Of a stretch of DNA of 64,000 nucleotides, positions 55,356 to 64,000 are shown piece after piece. How positions within the stretch are numbered: position 1 is the stretch's first letter; every line of letters begins with the position of its first letter. The stretch lies in NCBI GenBank assembly GCA_027531565.1, contig JAPZSB010000008.1:148350-212349 (forward strand), given 5' to 3'. Position numbers and translations under genes: made by a program. The notes under the pieces are model-generated. The model did no database searches. It worked only from the letters and a program-made list of their open reading frames with translations, and was not told the DNA's origin. The stretch comes from Beijerinckiaceae bacterium. GTDB lineage: Bacteria; Pseudomonadota; Alphaproteobacteria; Rhizobiales; Beijerinckiaceae.

Positions 55356-55452
55356 GCCGGCTGCCGCATCCGCCCCAATCACCGGTTGCCAGTTCTCCGG
55401 GGGCCTATACATTCGTCGTAATCCGCGAAGAAAAACAAGCGGGAGGAAACCG

Positions 55453-56289
55453 ATGAGCATCGCTCACGCTGTCGCACATGGTGCGTTCGGGCGGGCTTGC
55501 CTCTACGAGCTGGACCGGCCGATGGTGCCGCATGCCCATCGGGAAGGGCATCTGATCTTCCATGTCCGCGGGCCGGCGGCCAAGGTGGTCATCGATGGCC
55601 GGGCCTACCCGCTCAATCCGTTCGAGGCGACCGCCATCAGCCCGTGGCAGCCGCATTATTTCATGCCGGTGGACCGCCGCGTCCCGACCCTGACGCTGGT
55701 GCTCTATATCCGCCCCGGCTGGTTCGTCGAGGCCAGCGGGCAGGCCTCGGAAATCCTGCGTTTCGGCCGTCCCGTCGTCAGCATGGATGACCATATCGCC
55801 CGCCTTGCCGCCGAAACGGCGCGGCAGCTTGCTGCCTATTCCGAGGGCGACGGCAATTTCGAGGACCGGCTCAGCGCCCTGACACAGGCCGCCTTCGACC
55901 AGACCTGGCAATGGCAGGCGGGCGGGCAGGCCGGTGACCGGATGCGCTTCGGCTTCCGCGATTTCCGCATCCGGCGGGCGATCAGCCTGATGGGCGAAAC
56001 CCTCGGCGAGCCGATCGACCTGAGCGTCGTCTCGCGCGCGGCCGGCCTGTCGCGGCCGCATTTCTTCAAGCTGTTCCGGGAACAGGTGGGCCTGCCGCCG
56101 ACGCTCTATCTCAACGCGCTCCGCATGGAACGCGCGATCGAACGGCTGGCGCGCGGGGAGGAGACGGTTTCGGAAATCGGCCTCGATCTCGGCTTCGCGA
56201 CACCGGCCAGCTTCTCGCGGTTCTTCATCGCCAACGGCGTCGTGCCCCCCAGTGCCTACCGGCGCAGCGTGCTCGGGGCCGTCCATTGA
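55453..56289 (+). CDS. AraC family transcriptional regulator
   Basis: C-terminal double HTH (LSVVSRAAGLSRPHFFKLFREQVGLPPTLYLNALRMERA...GFATPASFSRFF) and an N-terminal cupin-like sensor. Confidence 0.88.
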   Translation: MSIAHAVAHGAFGRACLYELDRPMVPHAHREGHLIFHVRGPAAKVVIDGRAYPLNPFEATAISPWQPHYFMPVDRRVPTLTLVLYIRPGWFVEASGQASEILRFGRPVVSMDDHIARLAAETARQLAAYSEGDGNFEDRLSALTQAAFDQTWQWQAGGQAGDRMRFGFRDFRIRRAISLMGETLGEPIDLSVVSRAAGLSRPHFFKLFREQVGLPPTLYLNALRMERAIERLARGEETVSEIGLDLGFATPASFSRFFIANGVVPPSAYRRSVLGAVH

Positions 56290-56301
56290 GCGAGGCCCCG
56301 C

Positions 56302-56331
56302 CTTTCCCGAAAGAAAAGACGTTCGGGAAAG
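56302..56331 (+). terminator. Perfect hairpin after the AraC gene
   Basis: ctttcccgaa (56302-56311) pairs with ttcgggaaag (56322-56331), 10-nt loop. No T-tract, so function is uncertain. Confidence 0.4.
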
Positions 56332-56457
56332 CGTGCCGCGGGGCGCTCATTCTAGTCTTGGCCGAGAGGGATGGCGAAAGGGCGCCATCCGGGCCCGGCA
56401 AATCCCTGCGAAGACAGGATGCCGGCCCGAGGACAGGGTCTTCCGAGACACGCCGCG

Positions 56458-57474
56458 ATGGATGACATCATCAAGCGCAATCCGCTCCGGAGCCTGATCA
56501 TCGCGATCCTCATCGCGGTCTTCCTCTGGCTTGTCTTCGCGCCCTGGCCGCCGGAACTGGTGGCGAAATGGGGCCGGAAGCAGATCTTCCTCAACGCGCT
56601 GCTTGGCGGCATCACCCTCGGCGCGCTGTATTTCCTCGTCGCCGCCGGCTTCACGCTGATCTTCGGCCTGATGCGGGTGGTCAACCTCGCCCATGGCTCG
56701 CTCTTCCTGCTTGGCGGCTATCTCGGCTACGAGATTTCCAGCCTCACCGGGTCCTGGTTCATCGCCTTTCCGGTCGTATTCCTCGTCGTCGGCCTGCTCG
56801 GCCTCCTCATGCAGCGCTTCATCTTCTCGAAGATGGAGGGCGAGGAACTGCGGCAGACGCTGGTCAGCATCGGCATTTCCATCGTTCTCGCCGATCTCAT
56901 GCTCTGGCTCTGGGGCGGCCAGTCCTACTCGATCCTCGCGCCCGGCTTCCTGACCGGGCCGATGGAACTGCCGATCATCAACTCGATCAATGCCAGCACG
57001 GGCGCCACCAACTGGCTGCGCTACCCGGCCGTGCGGGTCTGGATCCTGATCGCCGCAATCGTGATCGGCGTGGCGATGTGGCTCGTCCTGAACCGGACCG
57101 CCCTGGGCATGCTGATCCGCGCCGGCGTCGATGACCGCGAGATGCTTGCCGCTTCCGGCGTCCGCATCCAGCTGGTCTTCCTCGCCGTGTTCGGCTTCGG
57201 CGCCGGCCTCGCCGGCATGGCCGGCATCATCGGCGGTACGTTCCAGTCGCTCTCGCCGGGCGAGGATACCCGCTTCCTGCTGGCCAGCCTCGTGGTCGTC
57301 ATCGTCGGCGGCATGGGCTCGATTGTCGGCGCGGCCATCGGCTCGCTCATCATCGGCGTCACCGAGCAGATGGGCTTCGTCTACGCGCCCACCTATTCGG
57401 TGGTCTTCACCTTCCTGATCATGGCGGCGGTGCTGGCCTTCCGGCCGCAGGGCCTGCTCGGGGCGAGGCGCTAG
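56458..57474 (+). CDS. Branched-chain amino acid type ABC permease (LivH-like)
   Basis: LNALLGGITLGALYFLVAAGFTLIFGLMRVVNLAHGS is a canonical LivH N-terminal block. Confidence 0.9.
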   Translation: MDDIIKRNPLRSLIIAILIAVFLWLVFAPWPPELVAKWGRKQIFLNALLGGITLGALYFLVAAGFTLIFGLMRVVNLAHGSLFLLGGYLGYEISSLTGSWFIAFPVVFLVVGLLGLLMQRFIFSKMEGEELRQTLVSIGISIVLADLMLWLWGGQSYSILAPGFLTGPMELPIINSINASTGATNWLRYPAVRVWILIAAIVIGVAMWLVLNRTALGMLIRAGVDDREMLAASGVRIQLVFLAVFGFGAGLAGMAGIIGGTFQSLSPGEDTRFLLASLVVVIVGGMGSIVGAAIGSLIIGVTEQMGFVYAPTYSVVFTFLIMAAVLAFRPQGLLGARR

Positions 57475-57477
57475 ACC

Positions 57478-58539
57478 ATGGCGATGACCGATCAGGCCCC
57501 CCGCTTCGTCAACCGCGCCGACCAGAAACTCTGGTTCGAGCGCATTCCCGCGCCCTGGTGGGCACTGGCGGTGGTGCTCGTCTTCCTGCCGGTCGTGGCG
57601 AACAGTTTCTGGCTGTTCCAGGTCATGGGCTGGACCTTCATCCTCGGCATGATCGGCCTCAGCCTGATGTTCCTCGCCGGCTATGGCGGCATGGTCAGCC
57701 TGCTGCAGATGACGGTGGCCGGCGTGGCGGGTTACATGGTCGCCATTCTCGGCACGTCCGGCACGGTCACGGTCAGTCTCGGCCTCGTCTGGTGGATCGT
57801 GATCCCCGCCGCCTTCCTGATCGCCGCGCTTTTCGCGACAATATCCGGCGCCCTCGCGGTCAGGACCGAGGGCATCTACACGATCATGATCACGCTCGCC
57901 ATCGCGGCGGCGTTCTTCTACTTCACGCGGCAGAACTACACGATCTTCAACGGCTATTCCGGCTTCAACCTCGTCCTGCCGCCGCAGCTTTTCGGGGTGA
58001 ACTGGCGCGAGCCGGTGCCCTTCTACTATCTCAGCCTCGTGCTGGCGGCCCTGTCCTACGGCGCGGTGGTCTATGTCTCGCGCTCGCCCTTCGGCCTTGC
58101 GCTGCAGGGCGTGCGCGACAATCCGCGCCGCATGGCGGCGCTCGGCTTCAACGTCACGGCGCATCGCGTCGCGGCCTATGCCCTGGCCAGCGTCTTCGCC
58201 TCGGCCGGCGGCATCCTGCTGGTCTGGCAGAATGCGCAGATCGCGCCGGGCACCATCGGCATGTCCGCCGCGATCGACGTGCTCGTCGTGGCCGTTGTCG
58301 GTGGCATGCGCCGGCCGCTCGGGCCTTTCATCGGCGCCTTCATCTACGTGCTCCTGCAGGTCTTCTCGCCGGATATCCTCGGCTTCTTCGGCTTCTCGGC
58401 AGAGCGCTTCAAGCTGATCATCGGCCTCGGCTTCCTCGCGGTCGTGCTGTTCTCGCCCGATGGCGTACTCGGCCTCTGGGACCGCTGGCGCGCGCGCCGC
58501 CGCCAGCAGGGCGGGCAGGCGGGGGGAGGGGTCGCATGA
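57478..58539 (+). CDS. Branched-chain amino acid type ABC permease (LivM-like)
   Basis: 353-aa polytopic protein. LSLMFLAGYGGMVSLLQ and VRDNPRRMAALGFN are LivM blocks. Confidence 0.9.
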   Translation: MAMTDQAPRFVNRADQKLWFERIPAPWWALAVVLVFLPVVANSFWLFQVMGWTFILGMIGLSLMFLAGYGGMVSLLQMTVAGVAGYMVAILGTSGTVTVSLGLVWWIVIPAAFLIAALFATISGALAVRTEGIYTIMITLAIAAAFFYFTRQNYTIFNGYSGFNLVLPPQLFGVNWREPVPFYYLSLVLAALSYGAVVYVSRSPFGLALQGVRDNPRRMAALGFNVTAHRVAAYALASVFASAGGILLVWQNAQIAPGTIGMSAAIDVLVVAVVGGMRRPLGPFIGAFIYVLLQVFSPDILGFFGFSAERFKLIIGLGFLAVVLFSPDGVLGLWDRWRARRRQQGGQAGGGVA

Positions 58540-59339
58540 ACGCCCCGGTCACCCCGCCGCGTCCGGTTGCCCTCGGGCAGAGCCATGTCAGCGCCGGCAA
58601 CGCGCTGGAACTGCGCGGCATCACCAAGATGTTCGGCGCGCTCGCCGCCATTTCCGATGTCACCCTGTCCGTCCGCCCGGGCGAGCGCCGCGCCGTACTG
58701 GGCTCCAATGGCGCCGGCAAGACGACGTTGTTCAACTGCATTACCGGCGATTTCCTGCCCACAACCGGGCTGATCCGCTTCTTCGGCGAGGATGTCACCA
58801 CCTTTCCGCCGCATGAGCGGATCCGCCGGGGCCTGCGCCGCACCTACCAGATCTCCTCGCTTTTCGCCGGCCTCTCGGTGATCGACAATGTCTATCTCGC
58901 CTGCCGGGGCGTTTCACGGAACCGCTTCTCGCTGATCCGGCCCCGACGCGACGATGCCCTCGTCCATGCGGCGGAAACGCTTGTCGAGGCCGTGCACCTC
59001 ACGGCGGAGAAGGACCGTCTCGTCGGCGAACTCGCCTATGGCCAGCAGCGCCAGCTCGAAATCGCGCTCGCCCTGTCGGGCGCGCCGCGCTTCATCCTGT
59101 TCGACGAGCCCGCGGCGGGCCTCTCGCCCACCGAGCGACGCGACCTTGTCTCGATCCTGACCACGCTGCCGACCCATATCGGCTACATCATCATCGAGCA
59201 CGACATGGATGTGGCGCTGCGCGTCGTCGAGAGCGTGACGATGATGCATAACGGCCGCATCTTCAAGGAAGGCCGCCCGGAGGAGATCGAGGACGATCCC
59301 GAGGTGCAGGAACTCTATCTCGGAGGCGGCCATGAGTGA
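58536..59339 (+). CDS. Branched-chain amino acid type ABC ATP-binding protein (LivG-like)
   Basis: [37 protein letters not shown] overlap with the LivM-like gene. Confidence 0.9.
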   Translation: MNAPVTPPRPVALGQSHVSAGNALELRGITKMFGALAAISDVTLSVRPGERRAVLGSNGAGKTTLFNCITGDFLPTTGLIRFFGEDVTTFPPHERIRRGLRRTYQISSLFAGLSVIDNVYLACRGVSRNRFSLIRPRRDDALVHAAETLVEAVHLTAEKDRLVGELAYGQQRQLEIALALSGAPRFILFDEPAAGLSPTERRDLVSILTTLPTHIGYIIIEHDMDVALRVVESVTMMHNGRIFKEGRPEEIEDDPEVQELYLGGGHE

Positions 59340-61557
59340 GCGCCTCCCGCGCGGTGCCAGCGCGCCGATCCTGCAACTCCAGGGCGTCAACGTCTTTTAT
59401 GGCCGCTCGCATGCCGTGCAGGGCGTCGATCTTTCCCTCCATTCCGGCGTGCTTTCGGTGGTCGGGCGGAACGGCATGGGCAAGACCACCATGTGCAAGG
59501 CCATCATGGGCCTTGTGCCGGTCTCGTCCGGCTCGATCCGTTTCATGGGCGAGGAACTGGTCGGCCGCACCTCGGCCGAGATCGCCCGGATGGGGATCGG
59601 CTATGTGCCGCAGGGGCGTCGCCTCTGGCGCTCGCTGACGGTGGACGAGCATCTCCGCCTGATGTCGCGCGGGAAGGGCGCCTGGACGCCGGAGCGGATC
59701 TACGAGGTCTTCCCGCGCCTGGCCGAGCGGCGCCGCAATGGCGGCGGCCAGCTCTCGGGCGGCGAGCAGCAGATGCTGGCGATCAGCCGTGCCCTGCTGA
59801 TGAACCCGCGCCTGCTCATCATGGACGAGCCGACCGAGGGCCTTGCCCCGGTCATCGTCGCCCATGTCGAGGAAACCCTCGTCCGCCTCGCTGCGGAGGG
59901 CGATGTCTCGATCCTCGTGATCGAGCAGAATATCGGCGTCGCGACGCAGATGTCGGACACGATCGCCATCATGGTCAACGGCCGGATCCACCGGGTCATC
60001 GCCTCGTCCGTGCTTGCCGCGGACCGTGATCTCCAGCAGCGCCTGCTCGGCGTCGGCCGCCACAGCCACGAGGAGGCTGAACCCGGCGCCGGCGCGGCAC
60101 CGTCCGGTGAGCCGCGCCCGGCCGCCCCCGCGCCGCAGGGCCCGATCCGGGTCTACAATGCCAACCCGGTCCTGCCGACGCGCTGGTCGCAGGATGTGCC
60201 GGCGGCCCGCATCGAGGCGCAGGCCCGCACCATCTCCCGGCCGACGCTGGCCACGATCGACGGCCGCCGCGTCGGCGATGTCTCGCCGCTCGCCGCCCGC
60301 GCGCCGCAGGAGCCGCATGTCATCATCGCCGGCACGCTCGACACCAAGGGCGAGGAACTGCGCTTCCTGCGGGACCTTATCAAGGCCGCCGGCCTGCGCA
60401 CCCGCCTCGTCGATCTCTCGACCAATGGCCGCAACCAGGGCGCGGATGTCTCGGCGCAGGAAGTGGCTCTGGCCCTGCCGACCGGTTCCGCCGGCATCGC
60501 CTCGGGGGATCGTGGCAAGGCGGTGGCCGCGATGACCGAGGCCTTCCGCGCCTGGATGGCGCGACAGCAGGGCGTGATCGGCATCCTCTCGGCCGGTGGT
60601 TCGGGCGGCACGGCCATTGCCACCGCCGGCATGCAGGCCCTGCCGGTCGGCGTGCCGAAGCTGATGGTTTCGACCATGGCCTCGGGCAATGTCGCGGCCT
60701 ATGTCGGCGCGACCGACATCACCATGATGCATTCCGTGACCGATGTTCAGGGGCTGAACCGCGTCTCCCGCACGGTGCTCGGCAATGCCGCGCAGGCCAT
60801 GGCGGCCATGGCGCGGAGCTTCCACGAGCAGCAGCACGGGCCGGCAACGCGCCGCGCCGAACCGGAGAAACCGCTGGTCGGGCTGACCATGTTCGGCGTC
60901 ACGACGCCCTGCGTGCAGCAGGTGGCGCGGCTGATCGAGCGCGAATGGGAGCCGCTGGTCTTCCACGCCACCGGCACCGGCGGCCGCTCGATGGAAAAGC
61001 TGATCGATTCCGGCCTCGTGCCCGGCGTGATCGACGTCTCGACCACCGAGATCTGCGACATGATGATGGGCGGCATCCTGCCCGCTACCGAAGATCGCTT
61101 CGGCTCGGTGATCCGCACGAAGATCCCGTATGTCGGATCTGTCGGCGCGCTCGACATGGTCAATTTCGCCGCGCCCGACACCGTGCCGGCGCAATATCGC
61201 CACCGGCTCTTCTATCCGCATAACCCGCAGATCACGCTGATGCGGACGACGGCCGAGGAAAACGCCCGCATGGGCCGCTGGATCGGCGAACGCCTCAACC
61301 TCATGGAGGGGCCGGTACGCTTCCTCCTGCCGGAAGGGGGCGTCTCGGCGCTGGATGCGCCTGGCCAGCCCTTCTGGGATCCCGCCGCCGATGCCGCCCT
61401 GTTCGACTCCCTGGCCTCGACGGTCCGCGTCACCGCGACAAGGCAGCTCATCCGGCTGCCCCATCACATCAACGACCCCGCCTTCGCGGCGGCGCTCGTG
61501 CAGCATTTCCGTGCGCTGCATCAGGGCCGCTTCCGGGGCGCTACCGGCAGGACCTGA
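59332..61557 (+). CDS. Fusion protein: LivF-like ABC ATPase + Pro/Ala-rich linker + Tm-1-like UPF0261 ATP-binding domain
   Basis: Single 741-aa frame. N-terminal [34 protein letters not shown]-terminal [40 protein letters not shown]. Confidence 0.85.
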   Translation: MSERLPRGASAPILQLQGVNVFYGRSHAVQGVDLSLHSGVLSVVGRNGMGKTTMCKAIMGLVPVSSGSIRFMGEELVGRTSAEIARMGIGYVPQGRRLWRSLTVDEHLRLMSRGKGAWTPERIYEVFPRLAERRRNGGGQLSGGEQQMLAISRALLMNPRLLIMDEPTEGLAPVIVAHVEETLVRLAAEGDVSILVIEQNIGVATQMSDTIAIMVNGRIHRVIASSVLAADRDLQQRLLGVGRHSHEEAEPGAGAAPSGEPRPAAPAPQGPIRVYNANPVLPTRWSQDVPAARIEAQARTISRPTLATIDGRRVGDVSPLAARAPQEPHVIIAGTLDTKGEELRFLRDLIKAAGLRTRLVDLSTNGRNQGADVSAQEVALALPTGSAGIASGDRGKAVAAMTEAFRAWMARQQGVIGILSAGGSGGTAIATAGMQALPVGVPKLMVSTMASGNVAAYVGATDITMMHSVTDVQGLNRVSRTVLGNAAQAMAAMARSFHEQQHGPATRRAEPEKPLVGLTMFGVTTPCVQQVARLIEREWEPLVFHATGTGGRSMEKLIDSGLVPGVIDVSTTEICDMMMGGILPATEDRFGSVIRTKIPYVGSVGALDMVNFAAPDTVPAQYRHRLFYPHNPQITLMRTTAEENARMGRWIGERLNLMEGPVRFLLPEGGVSALDAPGQPFWDPAADAALFDSLASTVRVTATRQLIRLPHHINDPAFAAALVQHFRALHQGRFRGATGRT

Positions 61558-61560
61558 GAC

Positions 61561-62415
61561 ATGCCCCGCTTCGCCCGCTCCGAGTTGCTGGACCGCTACC
61601 GCGCGATGATCGCGCGGGGGGAGCCGATTGTCGGCGGCGGTGCCGGCACCGGGCTCTCCGCGAAATGCGAGGAAGCCGGCGGCATCGACCTGATCGTCAT
61701 CTACAATTCCGGCCGGTTCCGCATGGCCGGGCGCGGCTCGCTTTCCGGCCTGATGCCCTATGGCGATGCCAATGCCATCGTCATGGACATGGCCAGCGAG
61801 GTGCTGCCGGTTGTCAAGAAAACCCCGGTCATTGCCGGGGTCTGTGGCACCGACCCGTTCCGTTCGATGGATGTCTTCCTCGATGATGTCGCGCGGATCG
61901 GCTTTTCCGGCGTGCAGAATTTCCCGACCGTCGGGCTGATCGACGGCGTCTTCCGGCAGAATCTCGAGGAAACCGGCATGGGCTTCGGCCTTGAGGTCGA
62001 GATGATCCGCCTCGCCCGGCAGAAGGGCCTGCTGACGACGCCTTATGTGTTCTCCGAGGCCGATGCCGCGGCCATGGCCGGGGCGGGGGCGGATATCATC
62101 GTCTGCCATCTCGGGCTGACGACCGGTGGCTCGATCGGCGCGGAAACCGCGCTCAAGCTGAAGGATTGCCCGGTCATCGTCGATGCCTGGGCGGCAGCGG
62201 CTCTCGCCGTCAAGCCGGACGCGATCATCCTCGTCCATGGCGGCCCGGTGGCCGAGCCGCCGGATGCCGATTTCATCATGAAGAACACCCGCCATTGCCA
62301 CGGCTTCTATGGCGCCTCCTCGATGGAGCGCCTGCCGGTGGAAGTGGCGATCCGCGAACAGACCAGGGCTTTCAAGACAATCAGCCGCACGGGCGGCGCG
62401 CCGGGTCCGGCGTGA
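61561..62415 (+). CDS. Phosphoenolpyruvate hydrolase-like TIM-barrel protein (Tm-1 C-terminal-half homologue)
   Basis: [74 protein letters not shown]. Starts 3 nt after the fusion gene. Confidence 0.85.
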   Translation: MPRFARSELLDRYRAMIARGEPIVGGGAGTGLSAKCEEAGGIDLIVIYNSGRFRMAGRGSLSGLMPYGDANAIVMDMASEVLPVVKKTPVIAGVCGTDPFRSMDVFLDDVARIGFSGVQNFPTVGLIDGVFRQNLEETGMGFGLEVEMIRLARQKGLLTTPYVFSEADAAAMAGAGADIIVCHLGLTTGGSIGAETALKLKDCPVIVDAWAAAALAVKPDAIILVHGGPVAEPPDADFIMKNTRHCHGFYGASSMERLPVEVAIREQTRAFKTISRTGGAPGPA

Positions 62416-62444
62416 GGCAGGCAGGCTGAGGGGAGGAACGTGAC

Positions 62445-64000
62445 ATGACGGGGCAACTGATCGGAACCCTCATTCTCTGGCTCATCGTGGCGGTGATCGT
62501 CATTGCGATCATCGTCTACCTGGTGAACTGGCTCTATCGCCGCTCGTCGAAGGAGGTGTCCTTCGTGCGCACCGGCCTGTTCGGCGAAAAGGTGGTGATC
62601 AATGGCGGCGCCTTCGTGCTGCCGATCATCCATGATGTCACGCCGGTGAACATGAATGTCCTGCGTTTGGCCGTCACGCGAGCCAACCAGGATGCGCTGA
62701 TCACGCGGGACCGGATGCGCGTCGATATCGATGCCGAATTCTATGTCCGCGTCCGCCCGGACCGGCCCTCGGTCTCGATCGCCGCGGCCACGCTTGGCCG
62801 GCGGACCCTGCAGCCTGATCAGCTCAATGCCCTGCTCTCCGGCAAGTTCATCTCGGCCCTGCGCTCGGTCGCCTCGGAAATGTCGATGGAGGAGATGCAC
62901 GAGCAGCGCGGGCTCTATGTCCAGCGCGTTCGCGATGCCGCCGTCGACATGATGGAGCAGAACGGCCTCGTGCTTGAATCGGTGGCGATCACCGATCTCG
63001 ACCAGACCGACCTGCAGTATTTCAACCCGTCCAACCGGTTCGACGCCGAAGGTCTGACGCGGATCATCGAGGAGATCGAGGAGAAGCGGAAGCTCCGCAA
63101 CGATATCGAACAGGATTCGATGATCCGCATCCGCACCCGCAATCTCGAGGCGGAACGGCAGGCGCTGGATATCGAGCGCGAGAGCGAGACCGCCCGGCTG
63201 GAGCAGCAACGCGAAATCGAGATCCGCCGGGCGATGCAGCGGGCCGAGGTGGCCCGCGAGCGCGCGGCCCGGGATACCGAGGCCGAACAGGCCCAGATCC
63301 TCTCCCGCGAGGAGATCGAGAAGGCGAAGATCGCCAATGAGCGCGCGATCAGCGAGGCGCGGATCTCGTCGGACCGTGAGGTCCGCCAGCGCGAGATCGA
63401 GCGCACCAAGGCCGTGGAATCGGCCGAGATCCTCGCCCGCGAGGAGATCGAGAAGGCCCGGATCTTCAACGACAAGACGATCCAGGCCGCGCGAATCGCC
63501 TCGGAACTGGAGACACGCCAGAAGGAGATCGAACGGACCCGGTTGCTCGAGGCGGCGGAAATCGCCGCCCGGGAGGCCACCGAGAAGGCCCGCATCGCGC
63601 AGGAAGCGCTCGTCAGTGCCGAGCGGATCGGCCGCGAGCAGGAGATCCGCAATCTCGAGATCGCCCGCAACCGGGCGCTGGACGAGGCCGAGATTGCCGC
63701 CCGCGAGGCGGTGGAGAAGGCCCGGATCGCGCAGGAAAATGCGGTGACGGCCGAGCGGATCAGCTTCGAGGAAGGCCGCCGCAAGCTGGAAATCGAGCGC
63801 AACAAGGCGGTCGAGACCGCCGAGATCACCGCCCGCGAAGCCACGGAAGCGGCCCGGATCGCGCAGGAAAAGGCCATCGCCGCCGAGCGGATCGCCTCGG
63901 AACTCGAAACGCGCCGGCTGGAAATCCGCCGGACGGAGGAACTGGAAGCCGCCGAGATCCAGCGCCGCGACGCGGTCGAGCGGCAGCGCATCGCCGCCGA
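62445..64000 (+). CDS. Flotillin/SPFH (band 7) family protein, 3' end outside window
   Basis: Not in the ORF track because there is no stop in the window. My translation from ATG 62445 (GGAGGA Shine-Dalgarno) gives an N-terminal TM helix, an SPFH core (VRTGLFGEKVVINGGAFVLPIIH...) and a long Glu/Ala/Arg-rich coiled coil. Confidence 0.85.
   Translation, partial: MTGQLIGTLILWLIVAVIVIAIIVYLVNWLYRRSSKEVSFVRTGLFGEKVVINGGAFVLPIIHDVTPVNMNVLRLAVTRANQDALITRDRMRVDIDAEFYVRVRPDRPSVSIAAATLGRRTLQPDQLNALLSGKFISALRSVASEMSMEEMHEQRGLYVQRVRDAAVDMMEQNGLVLESVAITDLDQTDLQYFNPSNRFDAEGLTRIIEEIEEKRKLRNDIEQDSMIRIRTRNLEAERQALDIERESETARLEQQREIEIRRAMQRAEVARERAARDTEAEQAQILSREEIEKAKIANERAISEARISSDREVRQREIERTKAVESAEILAREEIEKARIFNDKTIQAARIASELETRQKEIERTRLLEAAEIAAREATEKARIAQEALVSAERIGREQEIRNLEIARNRALDEAEIAAREAVEKARIAQENAVTAERISFEEGRRKLEIERNKAVETAEITAREATEAARIAQEKAIAAERIASELETRRLEIRRTEELEAAEIQRRDAVERQRIAA
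63291..64000 (+). repeat. In-frame 132-bp (44-aa) tandem repeats within the flotillin gene
   Basis: Units start at 63291, 63423, 63555, 63687, 63819 and 63951, each beginning A(E/Q)I..RE..E.A.I... DNA blocks such as gcccggatcgcgcaggaaa recur. Confidence 0.8.

Noticed and set aside
59263-62301. 1012-aa ORF on the minus strand
   Set aside because: It is antisense to the LivG-like, LivF-fusion and TIM-barrel genes, all of which have clear motifs. Its composition is that of a shadow ORF.
62915-63991. 358-aa Ser/Arg/Ala-rich minus-strand ORF
   Set aside because: It is the antisense reading of the flotillin Glu/Ala/Arg repeat region. Its periodic composition simply mirrors the plus-strand repeats.

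Overview
The window is visibly GC-rich and gene-dense, and the gene content looks alphaproteobacterial, probably a phototrophic member of the Rhizobiales/Hyphomicrobiales. I could not run any database search, so all family calls rest on motifs I recognise in the translations.

Gene content, in order:
- The window opens inside the puf operon: pufB (partial), pufA, pufL and pufM, with no pufC or pufX.
- A minus-strand operon follows with a split allophanate hydrolase, a NitT/TauT-type ABC importer, a PuuE-like deacetylase and an alpha/beta hydrolase.
- Next is a Dpp/Opp-type ABC operon with two tandem binding proteins, an amidase and a GntR regulator. It faces a divergent Asp/Glu racemase.
- A TRAP transporter, DUF1445 hydro-lyase and MarR operon faces a fused 5-oxoprolinase.
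- Housekeeping genes follow: gloA, eda, cobB, a two-domain cold-shock protein, a DUF192 protein, tRNA-Pro, an NDUFS4-like protein and tRNA-Arg.
- Then come an ArnT/ArnC-like glycolipid-modification cluster, metC, aapJQMP, sseA and an AlaX-type editing protein.
- A singlet-oxygen-type stress cluster follows: a ChrR-like protein, an SDR, cfa, a DUF1365 protein, an amine oxidase and a photolyase.
- Next are a secreted ankyrin protein and a LIV-type ABC locus.
- The window ends inside a flotillin gene with 132-bp tandem repeats.

I found no CRISPR array, IS element, integrase or rRNA.

Most unusual items:
1. The LivF ATPase of the LIV-type ABC importer is fused in one frame to a Tm-1-like UPF0261 module. 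Its TIM-barrel partner gene lies 3 nt downstream.
2. A ChrR-like anti-sigma protein has no adjacent sigma gene and has lost its zinc-binding cysteines. It is preceded by a TGATCC-N16-CGTA motif, and the same motif recurs inside the DUF1365 gene upstream of cfa.
3. A DUF1445, TRAP and 5-oxoprolinase locus may act on D-glutamate or oxoproline.
4. The allophanate hydrolase is split into two ORFs joined by an ATGA overlap.

Start codons are my best choices from ORF context and are often uncertain by a few codons.
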